DNA of 64,000 nt from an uncultured Verrucomicrobiae bacterium. GTDB lineage: Bacteria; Verrucomicrobiota; Verrucomicrobiia; Chthoniobacterales; JAATET01. This document shows, one piece after another, positions 52,238-61,363 of the stretch (positions are counted from its first letter, which is position 1; each line of letters opens with the position of its first letter). The notes beneath the pieces were generated by a model, which worked only from the letters and a program-made list of their open reading frames with translations, did no database searches and was not told where the DNA came from. A program made the translations under genes and the position numbers. The DNA lies in the NCBI GenBank assembly GCA_963719495.1, contig CAVRCI010000013.1:256001-320000 (forward strand), written 5' to 3'.

Positions 52238-53571
52238 GGTATGAACCGAGGACATAGGTGACAGATTGACCGAGGACATGGGTGACAGTTCAGGGTGGTG
52301 AATGCCCTGGCAAAACGAGTCACCGATGGAACAGAAACAGAGATTTGTAAGTTTGCTGACGAGCGACCGGTTCACGATGGTGGAGCTGTGCGAAAGTTTC
52401 GGCATCTCGCGCAAGACGGGTCACAAGTGGAAGGCGCGATACGAGGCCCACGGGATGGGCGGACTAGAGGATTGGAGCCGGGCCCCGAAGACGGTGACGA
52501 GCAGGACAGAAGAAGCGGTGGAGCGGCTGATTGTGGCCGAAAAGCGGTTACATCCGACGTGGGGGCCGAAGAAGATCCAGCGAGTGCTCGAAGTGAAGCA
52601 CGAAGTGGATCGTTTACCGGTCGTAAGCACGGTGGGAGAGGTTCTCAAGCGGCACGGGCTGGTGAAGGCGCGCAAGCGGCGAGGAGGCCTCTTCACGGTG
52701 GAACGAGGGACGCTGACGCCGCCGGAACGCTGTAACCACGTGCTCGGAGTGGACTACAAGGGATGGTTCCTGCTGGGTGACGGCGAGCGTTGCGATCCGT
52801 TGACGGTGAGCGATCTGCACAGTCGATACCTGATGAAAGCGGAGGCGATGCCGGACATGACGGTAAAGTGGACGCAGCGCGAGTTCCGCAGTGTATTCAA
52901 GCGCTACGGGCTGCCGGAGATCATTCGCGTGGACAATGGCTCCCCGTTCGCGTCGATGGGACCAGCGGGATTGAGCAGACTGAGCGTGTGGTGGATCGGA
53001 TTGGGTATCGAAGTGCAGTTCAGCCGACCTGGCTGTCCGCAGGACAACGGCTGCCACGAACGGATGCATCGCACGATGAAGGCCGAATGCTGTCAGCCGG
53101 GAAGCGCGAACCGTTGGGCCCAACAGCAACGTTTTGACCGGTGGCGCAGAGTCTTTAACGACGAGCGTCCGCACGAGGGCATCGGCATGAGGACACCGGC
53201 GCAAGCCTATCAACCCTCCCTGCGCCGGTTGGACGAACGCATCAAACCTGCGCTCTACGAGGCAGGGGTGGAAACCAAGCGGGTGAACAAAGCAGGCTTC
53301 ATCTCCTTGAATGGAAACAACTGCTTCGTCGGCGAGTCACTGATCGGCGTCGATGTGGCCGTGGAGGAATCGCCGGAGACAGGGCTGCTGGCCGTTCGAT
53401 ATGCCAATGTGAAGCTCGGGTGGCTGGATCGGACTCCCAACGCTCGGCTCCGGCCTACGGCCTACGCCGAGCGTTGGGAGTCGAAGCTTGCTCCCGCAAG
53501 CCATGAAAACTAACCCTCTAAGTGTTACCTATGTGGTCGGTTTATCTGTAACCAATGTTCCCGTTCATACC
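52238..53571 (+). mobile_element. IS481-family insertion sequence
   Basis: Imperfect terminal IRs GGTATGAACCGAGGACATAGGTGACAGA / TCTGTAACCAATGTTCCCGTTCATACC with internal tandem binding-site repeats; GAG duplicated on both flanks. Confidence 0.88.
52302..53513 (+). CDS. IS481-family DDE transposase
   Basis: MPW.., FGISRKTGHKW HTH, WGPKK, DYKG, DNGSPF, PQDNGCHERMHRTMK, RPHEG. Confidence 0.95.
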   Translation: MPWQNESPMEQKQRFVSLLTSDRFTMVELCESFGISRKTGHKWKARYEAHGMGGLEDWSRAPKTVTSRTEEAVERLIVAEKRLHPTWGPKKIQRVLEVKHEVDRLPVVSTVGEVLKRHGLVKARKRRGGLFTVERGTLTPPERCNHVLGVDYKGWFLLGDGERCDPLTVSDLHSRYLMKAEAMPDMTVKWTQREFRSVFKRYGLPEIIRVDNGSPFASMGPAGLSRLSVWWIGLGIEVQFSRPGCPQDNGCHERMHRTMKAECCQPGSANRWAQQQRFDRWRRVFNDERPHEGIGMRTPAQAYQPSLRRLDERIKPALYEAGVETKRVNKAGFISLNGNNCFVGESLIGVDVAVEESPETGLLAVRYANVKLGWLDRTPNARLRPTAYAERWESKLAPASHEN

Positions 53572-53595
53572 GAGGGGTCGGTCATTCATCGCTGA

Positions 53596-54595
53596 GGGGT
53601 CGGTCATTCATATTGACACATTTGGTTTACTGAGCGCATTGGCAAGCGTTCGCCAATTTCCGGCGTGCAACAGCGCAGCCACGTCTTTCAACGTCAGCGT
53701 TGTCGCCCGCCGCAATTCGCGGGCAATCTCGATCTTCAAAGGCAAGCCTTTCGGAAGATCGGACAACTCCTTCTCATCGACTCCGGCAAGCAAAAGCCTC
53801 TCGTGAAGAATCTGCGTTGCTCGCCCAGTCATTGACTGACGAACCGCCTCGGGCTCCTGGCGGTCGCGTACCGCAGGAGTCATCCGGTCTCGCAGACGGT
53901 CCAAGAAATCCTCACCTCCAAGCCACCAACCCCGTCGGATTTTCGAATCAGCGTCCGTATGGACGGGATCCAACCGCCGATCCTCCATGCGCCGCGAGAA
54001 TTCCCTCCTCCCGCGGGCGTCATCCGATTGAATCCCGTGCTCGCCCAAGAGCCGGTCGACCCTCAACCACGGGATTCGCTTGCCGGATGTCGCGAGATAA
54101 CTCGGGTAACTGCTCCACGTAAACGTTTCAAGGCGGGAGGCCTCCGGCACCAAACCGGCGCGTAATGGGTTGAGGTGAACGTAGTCGCAGACCGTCCGAA
54201 GGTAGGCGTCATTGGATTCATCCACGTTCAGCGCCTTGTATCGCCCCGCAAAGAGGTGACCTCTCACCCGGTGACGCGCATTGAAGCGCTGAGTGTAGGT
54301 CCCCAACATCCACTTCATCCCTGCAACCAACGTCGGCGACGGCGTTTCCACGACCAAATGGAAATGGTTCCGCATCAAGCAGTAGGCATGAACCTGCCAG
54401 TCCGTCTTCCCGCACGCCTCACCAAGTGTCTCGAGGAACAGGTGCCGATCCTCATCACCGAGGAAAACGTCGCTCGTTCCATTTCCACGATTCATCACGT
54501 GGTAAATCGCTCCTGAATACTCGATCCTCAACGCTCTCGGCATCCTCCACCAATTTCAAAACCGATCGAATGTGTCAATATGAATGACCGACCCC
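53596..54595 (-). mobile_element. Y1/RAYT-type transposase unit bounded by perfect 27-bp inverted repeats
   Basis: GGGGTCGGTCATTCATATTGACACATT (53596-53622) and exact reverse complement (54569-54595); transposase stop codon lies inside the left repeat. Confidence 0.85.
53608..54543 (-). CDS. HUH (Y1) tyrosine transposase, RAYT/IS200-like, with C-terminal helical/HTH extension
   Basis: MPRALRI..YHVMNRG, AYCLMRNHFHL (HUH), GHLFAGRY, YVHLNPLRAG, WSSY. Confidence 0.93.
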   Translation of the reverse strand: MPRALRIEYSGAIYHVMNRGNGTSDVFLGDEDRHLFLETLGEACGKTDWQVHAYCLMRNHFHLVVETPSPTLVAGMKWMLGTYTQRFNARHRVRGHLFAGRYKALNVDESNDAYLRTVCDYVHLNPLRAGLVPEASRLETFTWSSYPSYLATSGKRIPWLRVDRLLGEHGIQSDDARGRREFSRRMEDRRLDPVHTDADSKIRRGWWLGGEDFLDRLRDRMTPAVRDRQEPEAVRQSMTGRATQILHERLLLAGVDEKELSDLPKGLPLKIEIARELRRATTLTLKDVAALLHAGNWRTLANALSKPNVSI

Positions 54596-54751
54596 TTTCC
54601 GCGTTTCATCCAATGAGTTGAGAATTCGAGGCTGATACCGTAGCTTGGTAAGAGCGATTGGCATTCGCGATTCGATGGACAATTGGGCTGAGCAATCAAA
54701 TAATACTCGCCATTTTTTCTTTGAAGGGTATCAGTTCGCCCAACATCAAAC

Positions 54752-54961
54752 ATGACAATATCCAAATTCAATCTCCCCATGAATTCGATAACACTTGATA
54801 ATTCCACCACAGCCGCTGGCGCTGTTGCCTACGGGGAATTGGAATGCGCAAATATCGGATCTTTCAAGTTCGGTGAGTTCATTTCCGAACTTGAAGATTT
54901 TGTCCCTACAGTTTCGAGCGACTCAAGCAACCACAGGTTCACACAGAGAGATCGAGCATAA
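54752..54961 (+). CDS. Small hypothetical protein directly upstream of the Clp-fold protease
   Basis: 69-aa ORF ending 3 bp before the next start; AT-richer than host. Confidence 0.45.
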   Translation: MTISKFNLPMNSITLDNSTTAAGAVAYGELECANIGSFKFGEFISELEDFVPTVSSDSSNHRFTQRDRA

Positions 54962-54964
54962 TCA

Positions 54965-55867
54965 GTGGCGACTTGGTCTGATATTCTTGCCGAAGTCACG
55001 GCAAGCGGTGATTTCGACGCCGTCCGGAGAAAACATCTCCAACGCCTCCATACGGTCACTGATCGAAATGTAATTGCCTACTATTCCGGCTGGCTCCAAA
55101 AGCCGGGTTTGCGGGCCAGTGACTTCAGCATCACTGACGCCGTCATGACCGGTTTCATGACAGCGGTGCATGGCCTCGATCGCTCCAAAGGCTTGGATCT
55201 CATACTTCACACTCCAGGTGGAGAGATCAATGCAACCGAAGCTTTGGTAACTTATTTGCGTTATGCATTTGGTGGGGATATTCGCGCACTAGTTCCCCAC
55301 CAAGCCATGTCGGCTGGAACCATGATCGCTCTAGCGTGCAAGACTGTTTGTATGGGAATGCATTCCAGTTTGGGACCAATTGATCCACAAGTCGGCGGCG
55401 CACAGCCCGCACCGGCTCATGGAATAATTGAGGAGTTCAATAAGGCGGAAGAAGCCTTCAAGAATAACCCTCAAGAGGCTCAAGTGTGGATTCCAATTCT
55501 TCAAAAGTACACGCCAACCTTGCTTGGTAAATGTGAGCGAGCGGTAGAAATGGCCGAAAAGATCGTGGGCGACTGGCTAGTCACCGGGATGTTCAAGGAT
55601 GACGAAAACCGAGAAGCGGTTCGGGATGCAATACTCGGAGAATTGGGCTCTCACAAAAGGAGTCTCGATCATTCTCGCCACTACAGCTTCGAAAAGGTCA
55701 GAGAATTGGGTATTTGCGTCGAGCGACTCGAAGACAACCAAGATTTGCAGGATGCTCTATTGTCGGTTCACCACGCATTCACCGTTACCCTCAGTAGCAC
55801 AGGCGCAACTTCGATCATCGAAAATCACGTGGGTGCTGCATACCTGAACCACGTGACTGTCAAATAG
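54965..55867 (+). CDS. SDH-family ClpP-fold serine protease (peptidase S49-like)
   Basis: IAYYSGWLQ, GLDLILHTPGG, AMSAGTMIAL, LGPIDPQ, HSRH, IIENH. Confidence 0.88.
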   Translation: MATWSDILAEVTASGDFDAVRRKHLQRLHTVTDRNVIAYYSGWLQKPGLRASDFSITDAVMTGFMTAVHGLDRSKGLDLILHTPGGEINATEALVTYLRYAFGGDIRALVPHQAMSAGTMIALACKTVCMGMHSSLGPIDPQVGGAQPAPAHGIIEEFNKAEEAFKNNPQEAQVWIPILQKYTPTLLGKCERAVEMAEKIVGDWLVTGMFKDDENREAVRDAILGELGSHKRSLDHSRHYSFEKVRELGICVERLEDNQDLQDALLSVHHAFTVTLSSTGATSIIENHVGAAYLNHVTVK

Positions 55868-55890
55868 CGTCCTTCAATTGGCGTGGTAGG

Positions 55891-55925
55891 ATGTGCGGCC
55901 GCTACATCAACAAGCTGACCGAGGA
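55891..55925 (+). pseudogene. N-terminal stub of an SRAP/YedK-like gene cut at the repeat
   Basis: ATG TGC GGC CGC TAC = MCGRY(INKLTE), the characteristic SRAP N-terminus; runs straight into the repeat at 55926. Confidence 0.55.
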
Positions 55926-56031
55926 GGGGTCGGTCATTCATATGGGCATATCGGGAGGCTTGATCTGTGATCCATTGCGGGGTAAATGTGTCAATATGAA
56001 TGACCGACCCCTTTCTGACCGACCCCTTTCC
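55926..56031. repeat. Non-autonomous mini-element with the same ends as the Y1 unit, plus a tandem partial copy
   Basis: GGGGTCGGTCATTCATAT (55926) ... AATGTGTCAATATGAATGACCGACCCC (55985-56011) TTTC TGACCGACCCCTTTCC. Confidence 0.88.
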
Positions 56032-57254
56032 GTTTTGGTTTCTCGGTGAGTCTCTCGGGGAACGCTGGGTTGATTGGTGCCTACGGGAACAACGACAGCG
56101 GCAGTTTTAGCGGGTCAGCATATGTGTTTCGCCATTTGGACACTGCGGACGGAGTGGTCACGGAAGACGCCAAACTCACCGCATCCGATGCGGCGGCCGG
56201 CGATCTGTTCGGCATTTCGGCAAGCCTGGCAGGGAGTATCGGCTTGGTCGGGGCTTACGGCGATGATGATGCCGGCAGCTTAAGCGGTTCGGCGTATGTC
56301 TTTCGAAATCTGGACATGGCAGGGGGAGCGGTCACGGAAAGTGTCAAACTCACCGCCTCGGACGCCGCGACGGAAGACCGATTTGGTCAGTCGGTGAGCG
56401 TGTCCGGGACCATTGGGCTCGTTGGGGCCTACTATGACGATGACGGCGGAAACAATAGCGGGTCGGCCTATTTGTTTTGCAATCTGGACAACGCGAGTGG
56501 GACGGTAATCGAGGATATCAAACTCACGGCATCGGACGGTAGCGAGAACGATCAGTTCGGCGTTTCGGTGAGCCTCGATGGCGATCAATTCGTCATCGGC
56601 ACCGTCGCCGATTCCGGCAAGGCCTACACGGGCAGCGTCAGCTCGGTAACGACGTTGGACGCGGGTGGGGCGAGCCGGGTGGTCGACGGGATCAGCTTCG
56701 CTTCAAGGACGGATTGGGTGATCGGCGAGACGACGGACTCGAATACGGTGACGCTCACGAGCGGGGACACGGCGAACGTGGTGTCGCTGGGGATGGGAGT
56801 CTACGTCGGCAAGGACGCGGGGTCGGATTTCAACACGCTCGTGATCGCGGGGACGTTCGAGGCGACGGAGGTGTTCATCGGGTCGGTGGACGGGAACGAA
56901 GGGAACACGCTGCGGCTGGAGAGCACGGCGGCTTTCACGATCGGCGACTTCCGGCTGGCACCCGGCAGCTTCCTTGCGGTCGCGGGGGATGTGACGGACT
57001 CGGGGGACTTCTTCGCGTATCTCGGGGCGGCGGAGTTATCGGTGTGGGACGGGGCGATGTGGCAGACGGTGACGGCGGGGAACTACGGCGACGTGCTGGA
57101 CGCGTCGTTCGCGGGTGGGTTCAGCAGTTTCTCGTCGGTGACGGCGGTGCCGGAGCCGGCGGAATACGCGGTGGCGGTGCTCGTGGCACTCGGGCTGGTG
57201 ATCGTGATGCGGCGGCGGCGCGGCGGGCCGTGGCATTGGGCTTCCAGGCGATGA
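56031..57254 (+). pseudogene. 5'-truncated FG-GAP repeat surface protein with PEP-CTERM sorting signal
   Basis: Begins mid-repeat (RFGFSVSLSG), no signal peptide; repeats KLTASD..D.FG.SVS..G..LVGAY.DD..SGSAYVF; ends VPEP-TM-RRRR. Confidence 0.8.
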
Positions 57255-57359
57255 CCCAGTCTTCGGCGGTTGCGGTGGGTGCATCCGGTCACCGCCTTCG
57301 GCGATCAGGTTGGTGATCGGCTGGAAGCCGATGCTACGGAGGGAGCCTGCCCCCGCCTT

Positions 57360-58622
57360 CAGGGCCGACGCATCAAAAAAGATCGCGATGGAGGAAGTTT
57401 GGGCTGGTACTATATTTTCCCGTGCGTAGATGGAGGAGATGCCCGAAACGCATCCCATCCAAAAAAGCCTGATCGAAGAGTTCAAACGCATAGAAGATCC
57501 GCGAGTATCGCGCACTCGCTACCATGAGTTGAGCGACATTCTAGTGATCGCGATCTCGACGCTTTTGTGCGCGGGCACGTCTTTCTACGACATGGAAGAG
57601 TTCGGTCGGGCCAAGGAAAAATGGTTCCGAACGTTTCTGAAGTTGCCCAACGGCATCCCCAGCCACGACACGTTCAATCGCGTGTTTTCGCTGATCAATC
57701 CGGCGAGTTTTCACGAGTGCTTCATGAGGTGGACGCAGAGCGTGCGCGAACACATCGACCGGGAAATCGTCGCCGTCGACGGCAAAGCCCTCCGCGCAGC
57801 CTGCCAGGACGGCGGGAATGTGCGCTTCATCGTCAATGCTTGGGCAACCAGCAATCGACTTGTCCTGGGGCAGCTCGAAGTGCCCGACAAAACCAACGAA
57901 ATCACGGCGGTTCCCACGCTGCTGCGAGCGTTGGAACTGCGTGGCTGCATCGTGAGCACCGACGCGATGGGGTGCCAGAAAGAGATCGCCCGAGAAATCA
58001 TCGAGGCCGACGCCGATTACGTTCTCGCTCTCAAAGGCAATCACCAAACCGTCCATGAGGAAGTCAAAAGCTTCCTCGATGCCGAATTTGATCGCGAGCT
58101 CCAGAGCCCTCCAGTGCCCAAACCATCCACGAAGAAACCACCAAGCGCTCCCACTTTCGCATTCCTGGAAACCGTCGACAAAGGCCACGGGCGCTTGGAA
58201 ATCCGGCGCTATTTCCAAAGCGTCGCCATCGACTGGTTCGCAGACATCAGCCAATGGGAAGGGCTGCAGAGCGTCGGAATGGTCGAATCCAGCCGCGAAA
58301 TCAAAGGTCAAATCAGCGTGGAAAGACGCTACTTCCTGAGCAGCCTGCCCCTCGACGTCGGACTTTTCGCTCAAGCCGTCCGTGGACATTGGGGCGTGGA
58401 AAACTCCTGCCACTGGGTCTTGGACGTCATCCTGCGCGAAGATGGTTCCCGCGCTCGAACCGCTCACGCCGCCGAGAATCTCGCCACCCTGCGCCGCCTC
58501 GCCCTAAACCTGCTCTCTCGCGAAAAGTCCAAAAAACGCAGCATCAAGACCAAACAACTCGTCGCAGCCTGGGATCACGACTTCCTCCTGCACCTCCTCA
58601 ATTTTTAGATGCGTCGGCCCTG
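57360..58622 (+). mobile_element. ISAs1-family insertion sequence, intact
   Basis: Terminal IRs CAGGGCCGACGCATC / GATGCGTCGGCCCTG; 10-bp target duplication CCCCCGCCTT at 57350-57359 and 58623-58632. Confidence 0.96.
57430..58608 (+). CDS. ISAs1-family transposase
   Basis: DPR, GIPSHDTFNRVF, VDGK, KTNEI, DAMGCQ, LKGN, HGRLEIR, HWGVENSCHWVLDV. Confidence 0.97.
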   Translation: MEEMPETHPIQKSLIEEFKRIEDPRVSRTRYHELSDILVIAISTLLCAGTSFYDMEEFGRAKEKWFRTFLKLPNGIPSHDTFNRVFSLINPASFHECFMRWTQSVREHIDREIVAVDGKALRAACQDGGNVRFIVNAWATSNRLVLGQLEVPDKTNEITAVPTLLRALELRGCIVSTDAMGCQKEIAREIIEADADYVLALKGNHQTVHEEVKSFLDAEFDRELQSPPVPKPSTKKPPSAPTFAFLETVDKGHGRLEIRRYFQSVAIDWFADISQWEGLQSVGMVESSREIKGQISVERRYFLSSLPLDVGLFAQAVRGHWGVENSCHWVLDVILREDGSRARTAHAAENLATLRRLALNLLSREKSKKRSIKTKQLVAAWDHDFLLHLLNF

Positions 58623-58683
58623 CCCCCGCCTTCCCTTGAGGTTGCCGGGTCGAAGTTGGCACGATATTGTGCTGGCGAAAAAT

Positions 58684-59559
58684 ATGGCGGAACACGAACG
58701 ATTTGGCCCGGCGGGCGGGGCCTTGCCAGCGGAGGATGTGCGGCGGGTGGTGCGGCTGCTCGGCGAGGTGAGCGCGCTGCGGGGCAGCGTGATCGAGCGG
58801 AAGCGGGCTCTGCTCGACGGAATGGCGGAGCTGGTCAACGCGGATTACGTGGCGTGGGTGCTGGCGGCGGCGACGGTCGCGGGGGAACAGCCGATCTACG
58901 TCGGCTTCGAAACGCGTGGGATTTCGGCGGATCAGATGACGAAATTCCTGCGCATCCAGGCGCATCCGGCGCTGGCGGCCTACTCGGAGACGTTGCTGAC
59001 GGCTCTACGGGAGACGGGAGCGCAGGTGACGGGGAACGTGCAGGACGCGTTCAATTACGAGGAGTTTCATCGCTCGGAGTGGGGCCAAATGTGGGAGGAA
59101 GCCGACATCCTGCCGCGCTGCATCGTCCATCGTCCGCTGGCCGGCGGGGGCGTGAGCGGGATCGGCTGCTACCGCCGTCGCGGAACGCCGCTATTTACCG
59201 AGCGGGAGCGGTTACTCGTGCATCTGCTGCTTTCCGAGATCTCGTGGCTGCACGAGATGGGTTGGCCGGAGGATCGGGGGGCGAAGGTGCCGGACCTGCC
59301 GCCGCGGTGCTGGCTGGTCCACGAAATGATGCTGCAGGGCATGAACCGCTCGCTCATTGCCGCTCGGCTCGGCATCTCGGAGCACACCGTCGGCGGATAC
59401 TCGAAGCAGATCTTCCGGAGTCTCGAAGTCAGCTCCCAGTCGGAATTGATGGCGCGTTTCTTCGTCAGGGCTCCGAATCCACCCGGAAAACGTCCGACTT
59501 GGCTCGGGTCTCGCGTGGAAGGTCGCGGCGATTCGGCCCCTGACCCCGAAGACGTTTGA
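58684..59559 (+). CDS. LuxR-type helix-turn-helix regulator with GAF-like N-terminal domain
   Basis: FTERER..L, C-terminal IAARLGISEHTVGGYSKQIFRSLEVSSQSEL. Confidence 0.85.
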   Translation: MAEHERFGPAGGALPAEDVRRVVRLLGEVSALRGSVIERKRALLDGMAELVNADYVAWVLAAATVAGEQPIYVGFETRGISADQMTKFLRIQAHPALAAYSETLLTALRETGAQVTGNVQDAFNYEEFHRSEWGQMWEEADILPRCIVHRPLAGGGVSGIGCYRRRGTPLFTERERLLVHLLLSEISWLHEMGWPEDRGAKVPDLPPRCWLVHEMMLQGMNRSLIAARLGISEHTVGGYSKQIFRSLEVSSQSELMARFFVRAPNPPGKRPTWLGSRVEGRGDSAPDPEDV

Positions 59560-59628
59560 CTCTCGGGTTCTTTTCCCGAACCTGTCTGCCGTCGGTCCCC
59601 CCAGCGACGTTCACCGCTTCGCTTCGCT

Positions 59629-61257
59629 ATGGGATTTAAACTCGAGACTCACCGCATCTCCCTGCTCGTTGGCCTGGCCCTGATCGGGTTCCCGGGGGGC
59701 GTTGCCGCCTCCGACGCTTCGCCGACACCCGCCCCGGCCGAGGCGGCGTCGACGCCGAATCTGGCCACGCCCCTCGTCGAGACCGCGCTCGCCGCTCCCA
59801 ACACCGCGGAGCTCGCCCGGGACGGCATCGTCCACGTCGAGCAACTGATCATGGACGCCGCCCGTGGCGCTTCCGAAGATTTCCTGCCGACCGCGGCGAA
59901 CAAGACCCTCACCACGCCCTTCGCCGACGGTCTCACGCCGCTGCGCATCCTCGTCTCGCTCGGCATCCTGGCCGCGGTCGTCGCCATTCGGTTTCTCCTG
60001 CACGCGCTCTTCCGCCGCTACCTTCGCCGGCACGACCCCTCGAAGCCGCGGCCACCGGTCAACATCGCGGTGCGGGCGCTGCACCGTCCGGTCTTGCTCG
60101 CGCTCTGGTCCTACGGTCTCTACGCGGCCGCCTCCCCGCTGCTCGCCCCGATCCGCGACGGCAACGGTCAGCCGTTTCTCCTCGAAGGCGCTGGCGTGAT
60201 CGCGGACGTCATCGGCATCTGGGCGCTGTGCGGATTCGTCTTCCGCCTCGTCAATCTCATCCACGCCCGGGTTACGCACTGGGCGGCTCGCTCGAAGAAC
60301 CGCTTCGAACGCGTCCTCCTGCCGCTTGCCGCCAGCTACGCCCGCGTCCTCATCCCGATCGTCGCCATTCTGCTCACGCTGCCGGTCCTCAAGATCGCGC
60401 CGAGGTTCGAAAATCTCATCACAACCGCCGCGTCCCTCATCATCATCGGCGTCATCGTCTGGATTCTCATCCGCGCCACGAATGCCATCGAAGACCTCAT
60501 CCTCGCCGGTTACAAAATGGACGAGGCCGACAACCTCAAAGCCCGCCGCGTCTACACCCAGGTTCACGTCCTCAAAAAGGTGGTCATCACGGGCCTCGTC
60601 CTTCTCGGCCTTGCGTCGATGCTGATGGTCTTCCCCTCGGTCCGCCAATTCGGCACCAGCATCCTGGCCTCCGCCGGCATCGCGGGCATCATTCTCGGCA
60701 TCGCCGCCCAGAAGAGCCTGGCAAATTTCATCGCCGGCTTCCAGATCGCCATCACCCAGCCGATCCGCATCGAGGATGCCGTCGTCGTCGAAGGCGAGTG
60801 GGGCTGGATCGAGGAGGTCACGCTGTCCTACGTCGTTGTCCGCATCTGGGATTGGCGGCGACTCGTTCTGCCGATCACGTATTTCGTCGAAAAGCCGTTC
60901 CAAAACTGGACCCGCACCTCCGGTAACATTCTGGGATCGGTCTTTCTCTACGTCGACTACTCGATCCCACTCGACGCCCTCCGCGTGGAACTCGACAAAA
61001 TTCTCGACGCCACCGACCTCTGGGACCGCCGCGCGAAGGTCCTGCAGGTGACCGATTCACGCGAACACGACATCGAACTCCGCATCCTCTGCAGCGGCAA
61101 GGACAGCCCGACCACGTGGGATCTCCGCTGTCACGTCCGCGAAAAACTCATCGAGTTCATCCGCGAAAACTACCCCGACAGCCTGCCGAGGGTCCGCGCC
61201 CAATTCGAAAAATCCCCCAACGGCGAAGGGTCCCGCGGCGCTCTAGGCGAAGCGTAA
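59629..61257 (+). CDS. MscS family mechanosensitive channel
   Basis: Multiple TMs, SILASAGIAGIILGIAAQKSLANFIAG, PIRIED, F.NWTR, WDLRC.VRE. Confidence 0.93.
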   Translation: MGFKLETHRISLLVGLALIGFPGGVAASDASPTPAPAEAASTPNLATPLVETALAAPNTAELARDGIVHVEQLIMDAARGASEDFLPTAANKTLTTPFADGLTPLRILVSLGILAAVVAIRFLLHALFRRYLRRHDPSKPRPPVNIAVRALHRPVLLALWSYGLYAAASPLLAPIRDGNGQPFLLEGAGVIADVIGIWALCGFVFRLVNLIHARVTHWAARSKNRFERVLLPLAASYARVLIPIVAILLTLPVLKIAPRFENLITTAASLIIIGVIVWILIRATNAIEDLILAGYKMDEADNLKARRVYTQVHVLKKVVITGLVLLGLASMLMVFPSVRQFGTSILASAGIAGIILGIAAQKSLANFIAGFQIAITQPIRIEDAVVVEGEWGWIEEVTLSYVVVRIWDWRRLVLPITYFVEKPFQNWTRTSGNILGSVFLYVDYSIPLDALRVELDKILDATDLWDRRAKVLQVTDSREHDIELRILCSGKDSPTTWDLRCHVREKLIEFIRENYPDSLPRVRAQFEKSPNGEGSRGALGEA

Positions 61258-61275
61258 GCGAGCAAATCCAAAGCC

Positions 61276-61300
61276 GGAGGGCGAGGCTCCCGCCGAGCCG
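61276..61300 (-). repeat. REP-like element family B, inverted copy
   Basis: GGAGGGCGAGGCTCCCGCCGAGCCG just after the mscS stop. Confidence 0.8.
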
Positions 61301-61363
61301 TGACCGCATTGAACCGTCGTCGAGCGAGAGGTCGGTCGGTCGTCTACCGCCGGACGAAAAAGC

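Noticed and set aside
52242..52290. Tandem ACCGAGGACATRGGTGACAG repeats as CRISPR or iterons
   Set aside because: They lie within the IS481 left end and mirror repeats at the right end, consistent with transposase binding sites.
54556..54810. 84-aa minus-strand ORF beside the Y1 transposase
   Set aside because: Reads through the inverted repeat, overlaps the plus-strand small ORF, and has no recognisable motif.
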